DNA of 64,000 bases from Gemmatimonadaceae bacterium (lineage in GTDB: Bacteria > Gemmatimonadota > Gemmatimonadetes > Gemmatimonadales > Gemmatimonadaceae). Each line of letters starts with the position of its first letter. Position 1 is the first letter of the stretch. Location: the NCBI GenBank assembly GCA_051859245.1, contig JBHYGA010000004.1:416001-480000 (forward strand), written 5' to 3'. The position numbers and the translations under genes are program-made. This document shows, piece after piece, positions 21,601 to 28,801 of the stretch. The notes under the pieces are model-generated. The model was not told the DNA's origin. It did not search any database and saw only the letters and a list, made by a program, of their open reading frames with translations.

Positions 21601-21872
21601 TCACCCTCACTGGCGGTAGTGGCAGCATAAATCCTCAGAGCGCAGCCGTGATCGCGACCAACGTCAGTGGCATTGCGGCGCTCACGAGCTGGACAGTCGG
21701 CGCGGCACCTGGCGCAAACACCGTGGAAGCGACCGCCGCTGGTCTCGCCGGTTCGCCCGTGGTGTTCACCGCGAACGGCACGGCGCTTGAACCGCTGGCC
21801 GTTGTGCGCGCACTGAGTAACGCGCCGAGCAACGCACTCCCGCGTACCATGCAGCGCACGGTGGAGCGATGA
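12651..21872 (+). CDS. Giant (3073 aa) Ig-like repeat surface lipoprotein/adhesin
   Basis: Signal peptide with SSAC; 7 Big_2-like domains (WSSS...ATV...G.V); then a repeated three-domain Ig module including Big_1/invasin-like NPVSGV.VTF...TNASG.A. Confidence 0.9.
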   Translation: MSRRSRSQGALLWMRAVLTAMMVLSSSACVRMGDISGPTPVGGIVETITLSSTDVTLGVGSTVTLQAVARDRDGETISDRVVTWSSSDSTIVRVTSAGVLTGVSNGTAQVAVSIAGQSALAQVRVIPRPVSTIELGPLAPRILVGGFVQLVALPRDETGAPLPERTVFWSSSDVAVATVDAAGFVSGLSPGATTITARSESREAAVGVTVSAVPVRSVLVSPRVDTIVVGQSTQLTAIARDSNTVPLVDRVFAWRSENLGRATVSATGLVLGVSPGTVTIVAQTDDVVGTATVVVQPRPIGAVIVSPAQASLSVGTTVSVTVQITDANGNLLTGRPISFSSENTSIATVTNAGVVRAVAVGTTNIRATSEGQTGVMSVTVTPTPVASVRIAPLNSSLTVGDSVRLTASALDDAGSVLSQRPATWTSGAPSVLSVSSTGLVRALSAGTGLVFAVIDGRVASATIVVAAVPVGEVVVTPATANVVVNTTLDLTAVARDASGVLINKPVVWSSADPLIALVSSTGRVRGVAVGTARIEATVDGQTGTSTITVVPVPVASVALTLTDSSLNVGQTAQGAVVLRDAAGNILTGRPITWTSSAPLVATVNASGLVTAVNGGAANITATSGTVSASVNVVVSAVVGSLSVQTQPAGAVSGSVFTTQPVVRILDANGNLVATGPSSVLPVTVTRASGSASLGGTTTVTAVNGVATFTNLAFTGAGIGAHTLRFSTVSPALEVTSASFNVAPGAATTLTAVSSLSQSAAAGALVSAPPSVRVSDASGNPVSGVSVTFAVISGGGTITPASTATVVTNASGVAALTQWRLGTIAGANSVRATAAGLTGSPITFSATGTVGTPTQLAVLTQPAGAISGRALTTQPVVEIRDAAGNRVTGASDAVTVSVATGSGDVAGTVTVNAVNGVATFTNVRIDGAGAHTLRFAAAGLTSATSASITVTQVPVALSIFTQPAGAVSSATFTTQPVVRILDDAGLVVTTGSGSSLTVAASVASGTGTLGGTASVNAVNGVATFSNLSLTGSGAHTLRFSTTSPALAVVSGSLSVGVGAPATIAAVSAVSQSATVLTAVAAAPSVRVTDAVGNPVSGVTVTFAVTAGGGVIAPANGVVNTNASGVATLTSWTLGATPGANSVTGSATGLSGSPVVFNATATVGAATDLAITTQPSGATSGVPFTTQPVVEIRDAQGNRVAGATNAVTAEIANGSGALAGTITVNAVNGIATFTNARVNGAGPHRIRFVASGLSSATSGNFVVSQRAAALNISAQPAGSVSGAALTTQPVVQVLDDAGLVVTTGSDATVTVATSIATGTGTLGGTTSVNAASGVATFTNLAISGSGAHTLQFSVAARSLTVVSQSIVVGAPPATTIAANSSVSQSAPVNSNVAAPPSVRVTDANSNPVSGVNVTFTVTAGGGTTNPASGAVVATNASGIASLTSWTLGASPGANTVTATAAGLSGSPVIFNSTGVALGATQLAIVTQPTGAVSGVSLVTQPVIEVRDANGVLVASSTAPVTATLASGSGALAGTVTVNAVNGVATFSNLRINGSGAHTVQFASPGLTSTTSNVVNVTQVAASLSVQTQPGGAVSGSVFTQQPVVRILDNAGLVVTSGSGASLNVTATRVAGTATLSGVTTVQAVNGVATFSNLAFGGTGVGAHSLDFATGTPALNVVSANFNVSAGPAANIGANSSVAQSAPAGSNVAAAPSVRVSDSNNNPVAGVNVTFAVTAGGGTTNPASGDVVATNASGVAALTSWTLGAAPGANTVTATVAGLIGSPVAFNATGTAAAATQLGVTTQPSGAVSGVNLTTQPVVEVRDANGDRVTTSTAAITATISSGNGVLIGTATVNAVAGVATFTNLRVNGSGDQQLQFASAGLTAVTSNTFAVAQVPASLSVFTQPSGAVSGAAFTTQPVVRILDNAGLVVVSGSGATLNVSAARMAGTATLGGVTTIVAVNGVATFTDLSFGGAGIGTHSLDFTTVAPALSVTSANFNVSAGPASSIAAVSSTAQSAPAGSTVSAPPSVRVADSNNNPVSGVAVTFAVASGGGSIVPGDGAVSTNASGIATLTSWTLGAAPGANSVTATAAGLVGSPVAFNATGTAAAATQLGITTQPGGAVSGVNLTTQPVVEVRDANGDRVTTSTAAVTAVITSGTGALVGTATVNAVAGVATFTTLRVNGSGDHQLQFTAAGLTAASSNTFAVTQVPASLSVLTQPSGAVSGTAFTTQPVVRILDNAGLVVVSGSGATLNVSAARMAGTATLSGVLTIAAANGVATFTNLAFTGTGVGAHSIDFTTSAPALTVTSANFTVSAGAAATIASASSVAQNAPAGSPVAAPPSVRVADSNNNPVSGVAVTFAVASGGGSIVPGDGAVSTNASGIATLTSWTLGAAPGANSVTATAAGLVGSPVTFNATGTAGAATQLGITTQPGGSVSGVNLTTQPVVEVRDANGDRVATSTAAVTATITSGTGALVGTQTVNAVAGVATFTNLRVNGGGDHQLQFTAAGLTAATSNTFAVTQVPASLSVQTQPNGAVNGVAFTTQPVVRILDNAGLVVTTGSGATLDVVAARATGTANLSGTVTKAAVAGVATFDNLVLTGTAGAHTLSFTTAAPALNVSSASFTLAAGSAASIAATSSTSQSATAGTNVSAAPTVRVADANNNPVAGVNVTFAVASGGGSIVPGDGAASTNASGIATLTSWTLGATPGANSVTATAAGLAGSPITFNATGDPLPATQLAVLTQPAGAVSGVAFTTQPVIEVRDANGNRVTSSTVAVTATRTDGNGVIAGTTTVNAVAGVATFTNLQLNGSGSNTLQFTSGALTAANSNAFTVTQVAASLAIQSQPTTAVSGSALSPQPVIHILDNAGLLVVTGSGATLTVEATRVAGTANLGGTLTAVAAGGIASFSNVSITGVGTGTHTIQFSTSAPALAVTSGNIAVSAGVATTIAAVSAAPQNAPVGTNVAVAPSVRVTDANGNPVAGVNVTFTLTGGSGSINPQSAAVIATNVSGIAALTSWTVGAAPGANTVEATAAGLAGSPVVFTANGTALEPLAVVRALSNAPSNALPRTMQRTVER
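14563..21790 (+). repeat. About 940-bp (about 313-aa) tandem module, 7 full copies plus one partial
   Basis: NPV[SA]GV motif recurs 8 times at roughly 940-bp spacing (near 14985, 15925, 16860, 17805, 18750, 19690, 20630, 21575). Boundaries approximate. Confidence 0.88.
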
Positions 21873-23533
21873 GTATGGATCAAACTGCAACACGCCCCCT
21901 CGTGGAACGCACGTTCACCCAATGCGGTCGCGCGCTTCGCTCCGTGTGCAGCGCCATGTTCGCCTTCACACTCGCCGCGTGCTCCGCCAGTGTGACGGAC
22001 ACGCCACAAGTCGCGCAGGTGCAGCTCACACCGCCCTCCGCCAGCGTTGAAGCCGGACGTACCCTGGTCTTGGTCGCACGTCCAACAGATGCCAGCGGCG
22101 CGGCGATCACCGCACGACAGATCACCTGGTCGAGCAACAACACGCAAGTTGCCACCGTGTCTGCGGCTGGTGTGGTGTCGGCGCGCGCCACTGGTCAGGC
22201 GCGCATCGCCGCGAGTGTTGACGGACAGAGTGCGGTGACCACGATTACGGTCACGGCGCGCGAAGTGGCAAGTGTGCAAGTCGCGCCGGTATCCGTCTCT
22301 GTGCGCGTGAATCGTACCGCACAGGTGAGTGCCAGCGCGCTCGATGCAGACGGTGTGGCGCTTCCTGGCAAAACGTTCGTGTGGAGCAGCAGCAATACGG
22401 CCGTCGCAACGATCACGCAGGCCGGCGTGATCACGGCTGTTGCGCCTGGTGCGGCAACAATCACGGCCACATCCGATGGTCGCAGCGGTCAGGCCGCCGT
22501 AACCGTGACACCGGAACCTGTCGCGTCGGTGACGATTGCGCCCACGCGCGATACGCTCGCTGTTGGCACGGATCGCACGTTCGTTGCGACCGTGCGCGAT
22601 GAAAGTGGCGCGGCGCTCACGGGTCGCACCGTGGTGTGGAATGTGAGTGATCCCGCAATCGCGACGGTGTCATCAACCGGTGTTGTTACGGCACGTGCTC
22701 CAGGCACAGTGACCGTCGTTGCCGTGAGTGAAAACCGTGTGGGCCAGGCCACGCTGGTGGTGCTGCAACGTCTCGCCAACGCGGTCATCCTCACGCCGTC
22801 GTCTGCCACGCTCGAAACAGGCGCCACACTGCAGCTTGTCACGCAAGTGACCGATCCCTCGGGCAATCTGATTCCAGGTCGCGTGGTGACGTACACGAGC
22901 AACAACACTGCGGCCGCAACAGTGAGCAACGCCGGGTTGGTGACCGCGCGTGCTCCGGGTGTGGCACGCATTACCGCAACCAGCGATGGTCGATCGAGCG
23001 TTGCAACAATCACGGTGATTGCGGTGCCGGTGAGTACCGTGCAGGTGTCACCACTCACCAACGACGTGCTGACCGGGTCAACTGTTCCGCTTACCGTGCA
23101 GGTACGTTCTGCCACGGGCACACTGCTCACGGGGCGTACCGTCACGTGGACGAGTGGTGCACCGAGCGTGGCCACGGTATCGGCAAGCGGTGTCGTATCG
23201 GCTGTCTCACCGGGTGTGGTTGTGATCGCCGCGACGGTTGATGGCATTAGCGGATTTGCCACCGTGACCGTGCGTGCACCAACGGTCGCCGCTGTTGTGA
23301 TCACGCCGAATGCGCCGTCACTCGCGGTCGACGCGCGTGTGTTGCTTTCGGCATCCGTGCGCGACAGTAACGGCAACGTGCTCACCGGACGCGCCGTCAC
23401 GTGGCGCAGCAGCAATGAACAAGTCGCCTTTGTGTCGAGTACCGGCACAGTGATCGCCATCAGCGCCGGAACGGCAACCATTACGGCGACCTCGGAGGGA
23501 GTCAGTGCTTCGATTCTTGTCACAGTTCGCTAA
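21869..23533 (+). CDS. Lipoprotein with six Big_2 Ig-like domains
   Basis: Lipobox LAAC; six ~85-aa repeats; ATGA overlap with the giant gene's stop. Confidence 0.9.
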   Translation: MSMDQTATRPLVERTFTQCGRALRSVCSAMFAFTLAACSASVTDTPQVAQVQLTPPSASVEAGRTLVLVARPTDASGAAITARQITWSSNNTQVATVSAAGVVSARATGQARIAASVDGQSAVTTITVTAREVASVQVAPVSVSVRVNRTAQVSASALDADGVALPGKTFVWSSSNTAVATITQAGVITAVAPGAATITATSDGRSGQAAVTVTPEPVASVTIAPTRDTLAVGTDRTFVATVRDESGAALTGRTVVWNVSDPAIATVSSTGVVTARAPGTVTVVAVSENRVGQATLVVLQRLANAVILTPSSATLETGATLQLVTQVTDPSGNLIPGRVVTYTSNNTAAATVSNAGLVTARAPGVARITATSDGRSSVATITVIAVPVSTVQVSPLTNDVLTGSTVPLTVQVRSATGTLLTGRTVTWTSGAPSVATVSASGVVSAVSPGVVVIAATVDGISGFATVTVRAPTVAAVVITPNAPSLAVDARVLLSASVRDSNGNVLTGRAVTWRSSNEQVAFVSSTGTVIAISAGTATITATSEGVSASILVTVR

Positions 23534-24626
23534 GCGCAGTGCGCTCGGCGCTTTGCTCGCGATGTCCGTCAGCGTGCCGCTGCATTCAGCGCACGCGCAG
23601 TTGCTGCGCCCGAAACGCACACTCACGGCCGGTGCGGCACCGGGGTGCGAACTTGCGCCTGCTGCCGTTGATAACAACGCGCCGCGCAACAACGCCGAAG
23701 CGCGGCGATTGGCGGCCGCCGCACAGGAAGCCGCGTTGCAGGGTGATCAGGTCGCTGCTCGCGCCGCGTATGTGCGCGCCGCGCAGCTCAATCCGGCTGA
23801 TGAACGTCTCACGTACGACCTCGCACGCGCGCACGAAGAACTGTCGGACACACTGCCAGCAATCGGTGCGTACTGTCGTTACCTCGCGCTTGCACCCAAT
23901 GGCACCGAAGCGAGTGATGTGCGCAATCGTCTGCGCACCCTGGTGCCGAACGACGCGCGTCAGCGTGCCGAAGACGCGGGCATCGCGTTCCGGCTCGGAC
24001 TTGGTTACATGGACTCGCAGAACTACAACGCGGCCGTGCGCGCGTTTGACGAAGTGGTGCGACTCTCTCCCGCGGCACCGGAAGGACATTTCAATCGTGG
24101 ACTCGCACGCTCTGCGGTTGGCGCGAGAGCGGGCGCGTTGTCCGATCTCGAGACGTATCGCGCGGGTGCGAGCACGGTAGAAGAGCGCGTGGAAACGGCG
24201 CGCGCGATTGATGTGCTGCGTCGTCCGGTGTATTCACCAACCACGGCGCTACTGCGCAGTGCGTTGCCAGGATTTGGACAGTTCTATACGGCGCGGCCGG
24301 TGCGCGGTGTAGTGGTGCTCGCGGCCGTGGCCGGTGCACTTGGCGCCGCGCTCACGCAGCAAACCACGGAAACCGTGATCAATTACGTTGACCCGAACGG
24401 ATTTCCGGCGCCGTACACGGAAACCACCACCGAGCGAAAGTTTTTCGTGCCTGGTGTGGCGGCGGCAGCTGGCGTGACGGTGATCGCCGCGATCGAAGCG
24501 GTATGGTACGCGAATCGCTCGCAGCGGGGCACGTCAATTCTTGATCGATCGGGTGGTGTGTCGGTTACGCCCACGATCTCGCGTGATGGCCGCTTTGGCC
24601 TCGCGCTTCGCGCGCCGCTATTCTAG
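23505..24626 (+). CDS. Exported TPR protein with C-terminal PGxGQFY (DUF5683-like) hydrophobic region
   Basis: GGAGGGAG RBS before GTG; signal peptide ending AHA-Q; TPR-like helices (YCRYLALAP, AFDEVVRLSP, HFNRGLAR); LPGFGQFY plus two hydrophobic segments. Confidence 0.8.
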   Translation: MLRFLSQFAKRSALGALLAMSVSVPLHSAHAQLLRPKRTLTAGAAPGCELAPAAVDNNAPRNNAEARRLAAAAQEAALQGDQVAARAAYVRAAQLNPADERLTYDLARAHEELSDTLPAIGAYCRYLALAPNGTEASDVRNRLRTLVPNDARQRAEDAGIAFRLGLGYMDSQNYNAAVRAFDEVVRLSPAAPEGHFNRGLARSAVGARAGALSDLETYRAGASTVEERVETARAIDVLRRPVYSPTTALLRSALPGFGQFYTARPVRGVVVLAAVAGALGAALTQQTTETVINYVDPNGFPAPYTETTTERKFFVPGVAAAAGVTVIAAIEAVWYANRSQRGTSILDRSGGVSVTPTISRDGRFGLALRAPLF

Positions 24627-24677
24627 TTCGACCGTTCCACATCGATCGCCGTTTCTCCTCTCCCTCCCCGCACCCGC

Positions 24678-25706
24678 ATGCGTCTCACGGTTCTCCTCGG
24701 CGGTGTTTCGGCCGAACGCGACGTCTCGTTGTCTACCGGCCTGCGCATGGCCGCCGCGCTGCGCGAGGTCGGGCATGAGGTGACTTGTTTTGACCCCGCG
24801 TTTGGTGTGCTGGGCGCGGAGACGGAGCGGTCACTGCTGGCGGCTGGCGTGGGCTCAAAGCCGCCGGCGCTGGCCGAACTGGCCGAGCTGCGGCACCGGT
24901 CGCTTTCAGCGGACTGGGTATCGCATTCCGCCATCCGGAATGCAGAATGTATCGTGATCGGACTGCACGGCGGTCAGGGGGAAGACGGCACGGTACAGGC
25001 GGCGCTTGATCTGGCTGGCGTTCCATATACTGGAAGTGGGCACATGGCCAGCGCGCTCTCGATGGACAAACATCTGAGCAAGATTGTGCTGCGCTTTGCC
25101 GGGGTGCCCACGGCCGACTGGATCATGGCGCCGCCACTTGGCGATGCACCGCTCGATCCGGCGCTGGTTACCGAGCAGGTGGGCTGGCCGGCCGTGGTCA
25201 AACCGTCCAGACAAGGCAGCACGGTTGGCCTGAGCATCGTAAACGGCCCCGAGGAGCTGCAAGCAGCGATCGAAGAGGCGTACAGATTCGATGATGCCGT
25301 GATGGTGGAGCGATTCGTCGCCGGTCGGGAGTTCACGGTGGGCATTCTGGGCGACGAAGCCTTGCCGGTGATCGAGATCGTGCCGGCCAAAGCGCTCTAC
25401 GATTACGAGTGCAAGTACACGCCCGGCATGGCGCAGGAGTTTGTGGCGGATCTGCCGGCGGAAACGGTGGAGCGTATCACCGCGTATTCCTTGCAGGCGT
25501 TTGGTGCGTGTGGACTGAGCGGCTACGGTCGGGTGGATTTTCGCATGGACCCTGACGGTGGCCTCTGGTGTCTGGAACTCAACACGTTGCCGGGGATGAC
25601 GCCTACCAGTCTCATTCCACAGGCTGCAGCGGCGGCGGATCTATTGTTTCCGGCGCTCTGCAACCGCATCGTGGAGTTGGCCCTCGCGTCACGGCGGCGC
25701 GGGTAA
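24678..25706 (+). CDS. ddl: D-alanine--D-alanine ligase
   Basis: GGVSAERDVSL, LHGGQGEDG, KPSRQGSTVG, YDYECKY, ELNTLPGMT. Confidence 0.96.
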   Translation: MRLTVLLGGVSAERDVSLSTGLRMAAALREVGHEVTCFDPAFGVLGAETERSLLAAGVGSKPPALAELAELRHRSLSADWVSHSAIRNAECIVIGLHGGQGEDGTVQAALDLAGVPYTGSGHMASALSMDKHLSKIVLRFAGVPTADWIMAPPLGDAPLDPALVTEQVGWPAVVKPSRQGSTVGLSIVNGPEELQAAIEEAYRFDDAVMVERFVAGREFTVGILGDEALPVIEIVPAKALYDYECKYTPGMAQEFVADLPAETVERITAYSLQAFGACGLSGYGRVDFRMDPDGGLWCLELNTLPGMTPTSLIPQAAAAADLLFPALCNRIVELALASRRRG

Positions 25707-25734
25707 ACCCACGCGCACGCGCCCTCCCCCGATC

Positions 25735-26664
25735 ATGTCTTTCGCCATCGCGGACGAATACGAACCGCAACGAAGCAGTGCGCCGGCCGTGGCGTGGATC
25801 ATTGGCCTGTGCGTGGCTGTCGCGTTTCTCCAGGAGACGCTCACCGGCGACGCGCTGATGAGTGGCTGGCTGGGCTATCGCGCCACGGATCTTGGCGAGC
25901 GCCGCCTGTGGACCACGGTCACGTACATGTTTGTGCACGGCGGTCTGCTGCACCTCGTGTTCAACATGTACATGCTGTGGATGTTCGGACGCCGAGTTGA
26001 ACGCGCGTGGGGCAGCAGCACGTTCACGTGGTTCTACTTGTGGTGCGGCGTGAGTGGCTGGGCATTCCACTGGATGTTCACACCGCGTGCGGGTGTGCTC
26101 GTTGGTGCAAGCGCGGCGATTCTTGGTGTGGCCGTTGCGTATGCATCACGCTGGCCCGATGACGAACTGTATCTGTTCGGCATTGTGCCCATGAAAGTGC
26201 GCTGGCTCGTGGTTTTTCTCGCCGCGCTCAGTCTGGTCATGGTTGTGGTGAACGCAGGCGCTGTTGGTGGCACGGCGTACGCCGCACACTTTGGCGGCAT
26301 GTTTGGTGGTTGGTTGTATTTGCGCACACCAAACGCGCAGAGCATTGATCGGTTGCGCCGTCGCATTGCACCCGCGCCCGATTACGGCGACGATCCACCA
26401 CGCGCCGTTCCTCGGCATTCGTCACGTCCGCGTGAACGCGAGCCCGAGATTGATGACATCGTGGCGCAGAGCAAAGCCGCGATGGCGCGCACGCGCAACG
26501 TGATGCCTGCGGCGAGTGCGCCCGCTGCACCAACGAGCATGGTAGCCGCGCGCGCGGCGATGGATATGCTGCTCGACAAGATTGCCGATCAGGGCATGCA
26601 GTCGCTCTCGAATGATGAGCGACAGTTGCTGGACGAGATGAGCCGGAAGTTGCGCGGGGGCTAA
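25735..26664 (+). CDS. Rhomboid family intramembrane serine protease with C-terminal DUF6576-like tail
   Basis: TYMFVHGG..HLVFNM, VGASAA, AHFGG; tail LLDKIADQGMQSLSNDERQLL. Confidence 0.92.
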   Translation: MSFAIADEYEPQRSSAPAVAWIIGLCVAVAFLQETLTGDALMSGWLGYRATDLGERRLWTTVTYMFVHGGLLHLVFNMYMLWMFGRRVERAWGSSTFTWFYLWCGVSGWAFHWMFTPRAGVLVGASAAILGVAVAYASRWPDDELYLFGIVPMKVRWLVVFLAALSLVMVVVNAGAVGGTAYAAHFGGMFGGWLYLRTPNAQSIDRLRRRIAPAPDYGDDPPRAVPRHSSRPREREPEIDDIVAQSKAAMARTRNVMPAASAPAAPTSMVAARAAMDMLLDKIADQGMQSLSNDERQLLDEMSRKLRGG

Positions 26665-26709
26665 GCGCGAGGCTCGGTGACAGCAGTGGAGCGCTCACCG
26701 AGCGATCCA

Positions 26710-26934
26710 TTAGACAGGATCACTAACTGGTCGCCGTTCCCGGTCCGCAGCGAAGGCGTACACGGCGCGAAAGTCTTCGCGTTCGAGATCGGGAAACTCT
26801 ACCAGAATCTCCGCTTCGGACATGCCTGCAGCCAGGTACGACAGCACGTCATCGACGGTGATGCGCAGTCCGCGGATGCAAGGTTTTCCGCTTCGCTTCC
26901 CAGGCTCAATGGTGATGCGATCCGCAATACTCAT
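26710..26934 (-). CDS. DUF433 domain protein (putative antitoxin)
   Basis: RITIEPGKRSGKPCIRGLRITVDDVL...FPDLEREDF; start trimmed to MSIADR. Confidence 0.9.
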   Translation of the reverse strand: MSIADRITIEPGKRSGKPCIRGLRITVDDVLSYLAAGMSEAEILVEFPDLEREDFRAVYAFAADRERRPVSDPV

Positions 26935-27096
26935 AACTTGAGTGTAGGCGGTCCTATTGGCGCCGGTAAGTATGTCACGAAGGTAGCCGAGTACATGGCA
27001 TTCGCTTTCCTTGCCATATTTGCCCCCGCGTGCGAAGCTCGATAAGATCTGCGGTAATCGGACGACCATCAAGATGGGGACGGCAACGGAGGAGCG

Positions 27097-27630
27097 ATGA
27101 AAATCCGAACGGTTGCTTGCGCCCTGCTAGCACTTACGCTTGTCGCCTGCAGCGGCGCGTGGTCATCAGCGACAGTCGCACCCGAAAAAGACGAAGACGC
27201 GCCAGTATTCGCCGGCTACCCACTTGCGCGTGCGCGCCTCGAACTCGCTCCGGATCGCCCGCTTGAACCAGACAGCGGGCAACTCGTGATGGGCACGGTG
27301 CTTTCGCTCTGGCATTCGAGGCCGGCCCCGGGGCGCGCCGTGTACGTGGGCGAAGAGATCAACTACCACACCTGGTCACACGGCTTTCGCCGTTACGAGT
27401 TCGACAGCACCGGTGTGTTGCGGTACTTCCGCGAAGATCGCCGGTATGTGAACGGTGATGATTCAACGCGTGCCGGCGGCGAGGGATGGATTGAATTCGT
27501 TGACGGCAAGCCGGTGTTGCTGGCGCGCGTTTCAGAACATGGTGAGCCCATTCGATACGCGCGGTCGGAGTTGCACGCGATTGCAAGGCGCGCGTATTTG
27601 CTGTGGGATTCGGCGGTGGTGGGGAGGTGA
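27097..27630 (+). CDS. Hypothetical lipoprotein
   Basis: GGAGGAG RBS; MKIR plus hydrophobic stretch and LVAC lipobox. Confidence 0.7.
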   Translation: MKIRTVACALLALTLVACSGAWSSATVAPEKDEDAPVFAGYPLARARLELAPDRPLEPDSGQLVMGTVLSLWHSRPAPGRAVYVGEEINYHTWSHGFRRYEFDSTGVLRYFREDRRYVNGDDSTRAGGEGWIEFVDGKPVLLARVSEHGEPIRYARSELHAIARRAYLLWDSAVVGR

Positions 27631-27670
27631 AGACCAGGCGATGCCGTTGCAAATGCGTCGCACGTTTTGA

Positions 27671-28801
27671 ATGAACCTTCGCAACACTCCGCTCATGACA
27701 TTTCGAACTCGAAAAATGCTCGGCGCGGTCGGTGCGATTCTCTTGCTCGGCCCGTTGGTCGCGGGGGGTCAGAACGTGCCTATTGTGCGGTTGGCACCGC
27801 CCAACGCTCGGCTCGCTGAGGAACTCTTTGGTATTAGCACTGGACGCGAACTGGCAGACGGACGATTCCTCATCGGCGAGGGGAGTCAGACATCGCGTCG
27901 CTTGCTCGTCGTGGACTTTCAACGCGGGACCACGCAGCAAATCGGCAGACGCGGTCGGGGTCCGGGCGAATACCGACTCGTGAGCCGCCTCTTCCCTTTG
28001 GCCAAAGATTCAACACTGTTTGTTGCCGACGACATGCGCTGGCTGGTGCTCTCGGGAAGTAGCATCGTACGTACGATCAGCGGCCCGGACGCGGCTACAA
28101 TGTCCGCACGAATCGTTCACGGGGCTGATTCGATGGGCAATTTGCTTTCGTCGGAGCGCCGCACACTGTCACCCGACTCCAGCGGCCACACGCTTGTCGC
28201 ACGAGCAAACGGCAAGACAACATTCGTCGCGCGCCTGCGCTCCTCGACGGAGGCGGCGTACCCTCCACGCTCAACGCCTCGCGGCCGAGGCGGGCTGAAC
28301 TATTTCAACGGCCCGTGGAATGGCTTCGAACTCGCGCAGCTCTTTCCGGATGCTTGGCTCGCCGTTGCACGGGTGCAGCCGTACCGCGTTGATTGGCGTA
28401 CGCCAGATGGCAAATGGATACTCGGCCAACCGATACCGTCGCCAGTGGTTCGCGTCACCGAGAAAGAAAAGCTTGCGTACATGCAGCGAGAAGCTGCGCG
28501 CAGCGGAAACGCTCCGCAGTCTCCGTCCGTACATTCAACGTGGCCAAAGGAGATTCCACCGTTTCTTCCTGGATCGTTGATTGCGAGCAGCGACGGACGG
28601 TTATTGATCTTGCGCACGCCGACCGCAGAACGTCCGGAACTGCGCTACGACATTGTCGATCGCCGGGGACGCGTTGAACAACAACTGCTGCTGGAACCCA
28701 ATCAGCGAATCTTCGCCTTCGGAAAGCAGTCCGTGTATGTGGTCGTCACAGACGACAGCGATCTAGAGCGCATCCAACGACATCCTTGGCCTCCCCGCTG
28801 A
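27671..28801 (+). CDS. Exported six-bladed beta-propeller (NHL/TolB-like) protein
   Basis: Signal peptide; IGRRGRGPGEY, DSTL, YRVDWRTPDG motifs. True start may be the second Met. Confidence 0.7.
   Translation: MNLRNTPLMTFRTRKMLGAVGAILLLGPLVAGGQNVPIVRLAPPNARLAEELFGISTGRELADGRFLIGEGSQTSRRLLVVDFQRGTTQQIGRRGRGPGEYRLVSRLFPLAKDSTLFVADDMRWLVLSGSSIVRTISGPDAATMSARIVHGADSMGNLLSSERRTLSPDSSGHTLVARANGKTTFVARLRSSTEAAYPPRSTPRGRGGLNYFNGPWNGFELAQLFPDAWLAVARVQPYRVDWRTPDGKWILGQPIPSPVVRVTEKEKLAYMQREAARSGNAPQSPSVHSTWPKEIPPFLPGSLIASSDGRLLILRTPTAERPELRYDIVDRRGRVEQQLLLEPNQRIFAFGKQSVYVVVTDDSDLERIQRHPWPPR

Noticed and set aside
14563..21790. Possible diversity-generating retroelement or CRISPR-like array from the repeats
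   Set aside because: Repeats are in-frame protein modules; no reverse transcriptase, cas genes or short repeat-spacer pattern seen.
12209..23523. Long antisense ORFs (up to 677 aa) opposite the Ig-repeat genes
   Set aside because: Shadow frames expected from Val/Thr/Ala-rich, GC-rich codons; no motifs or RBS.
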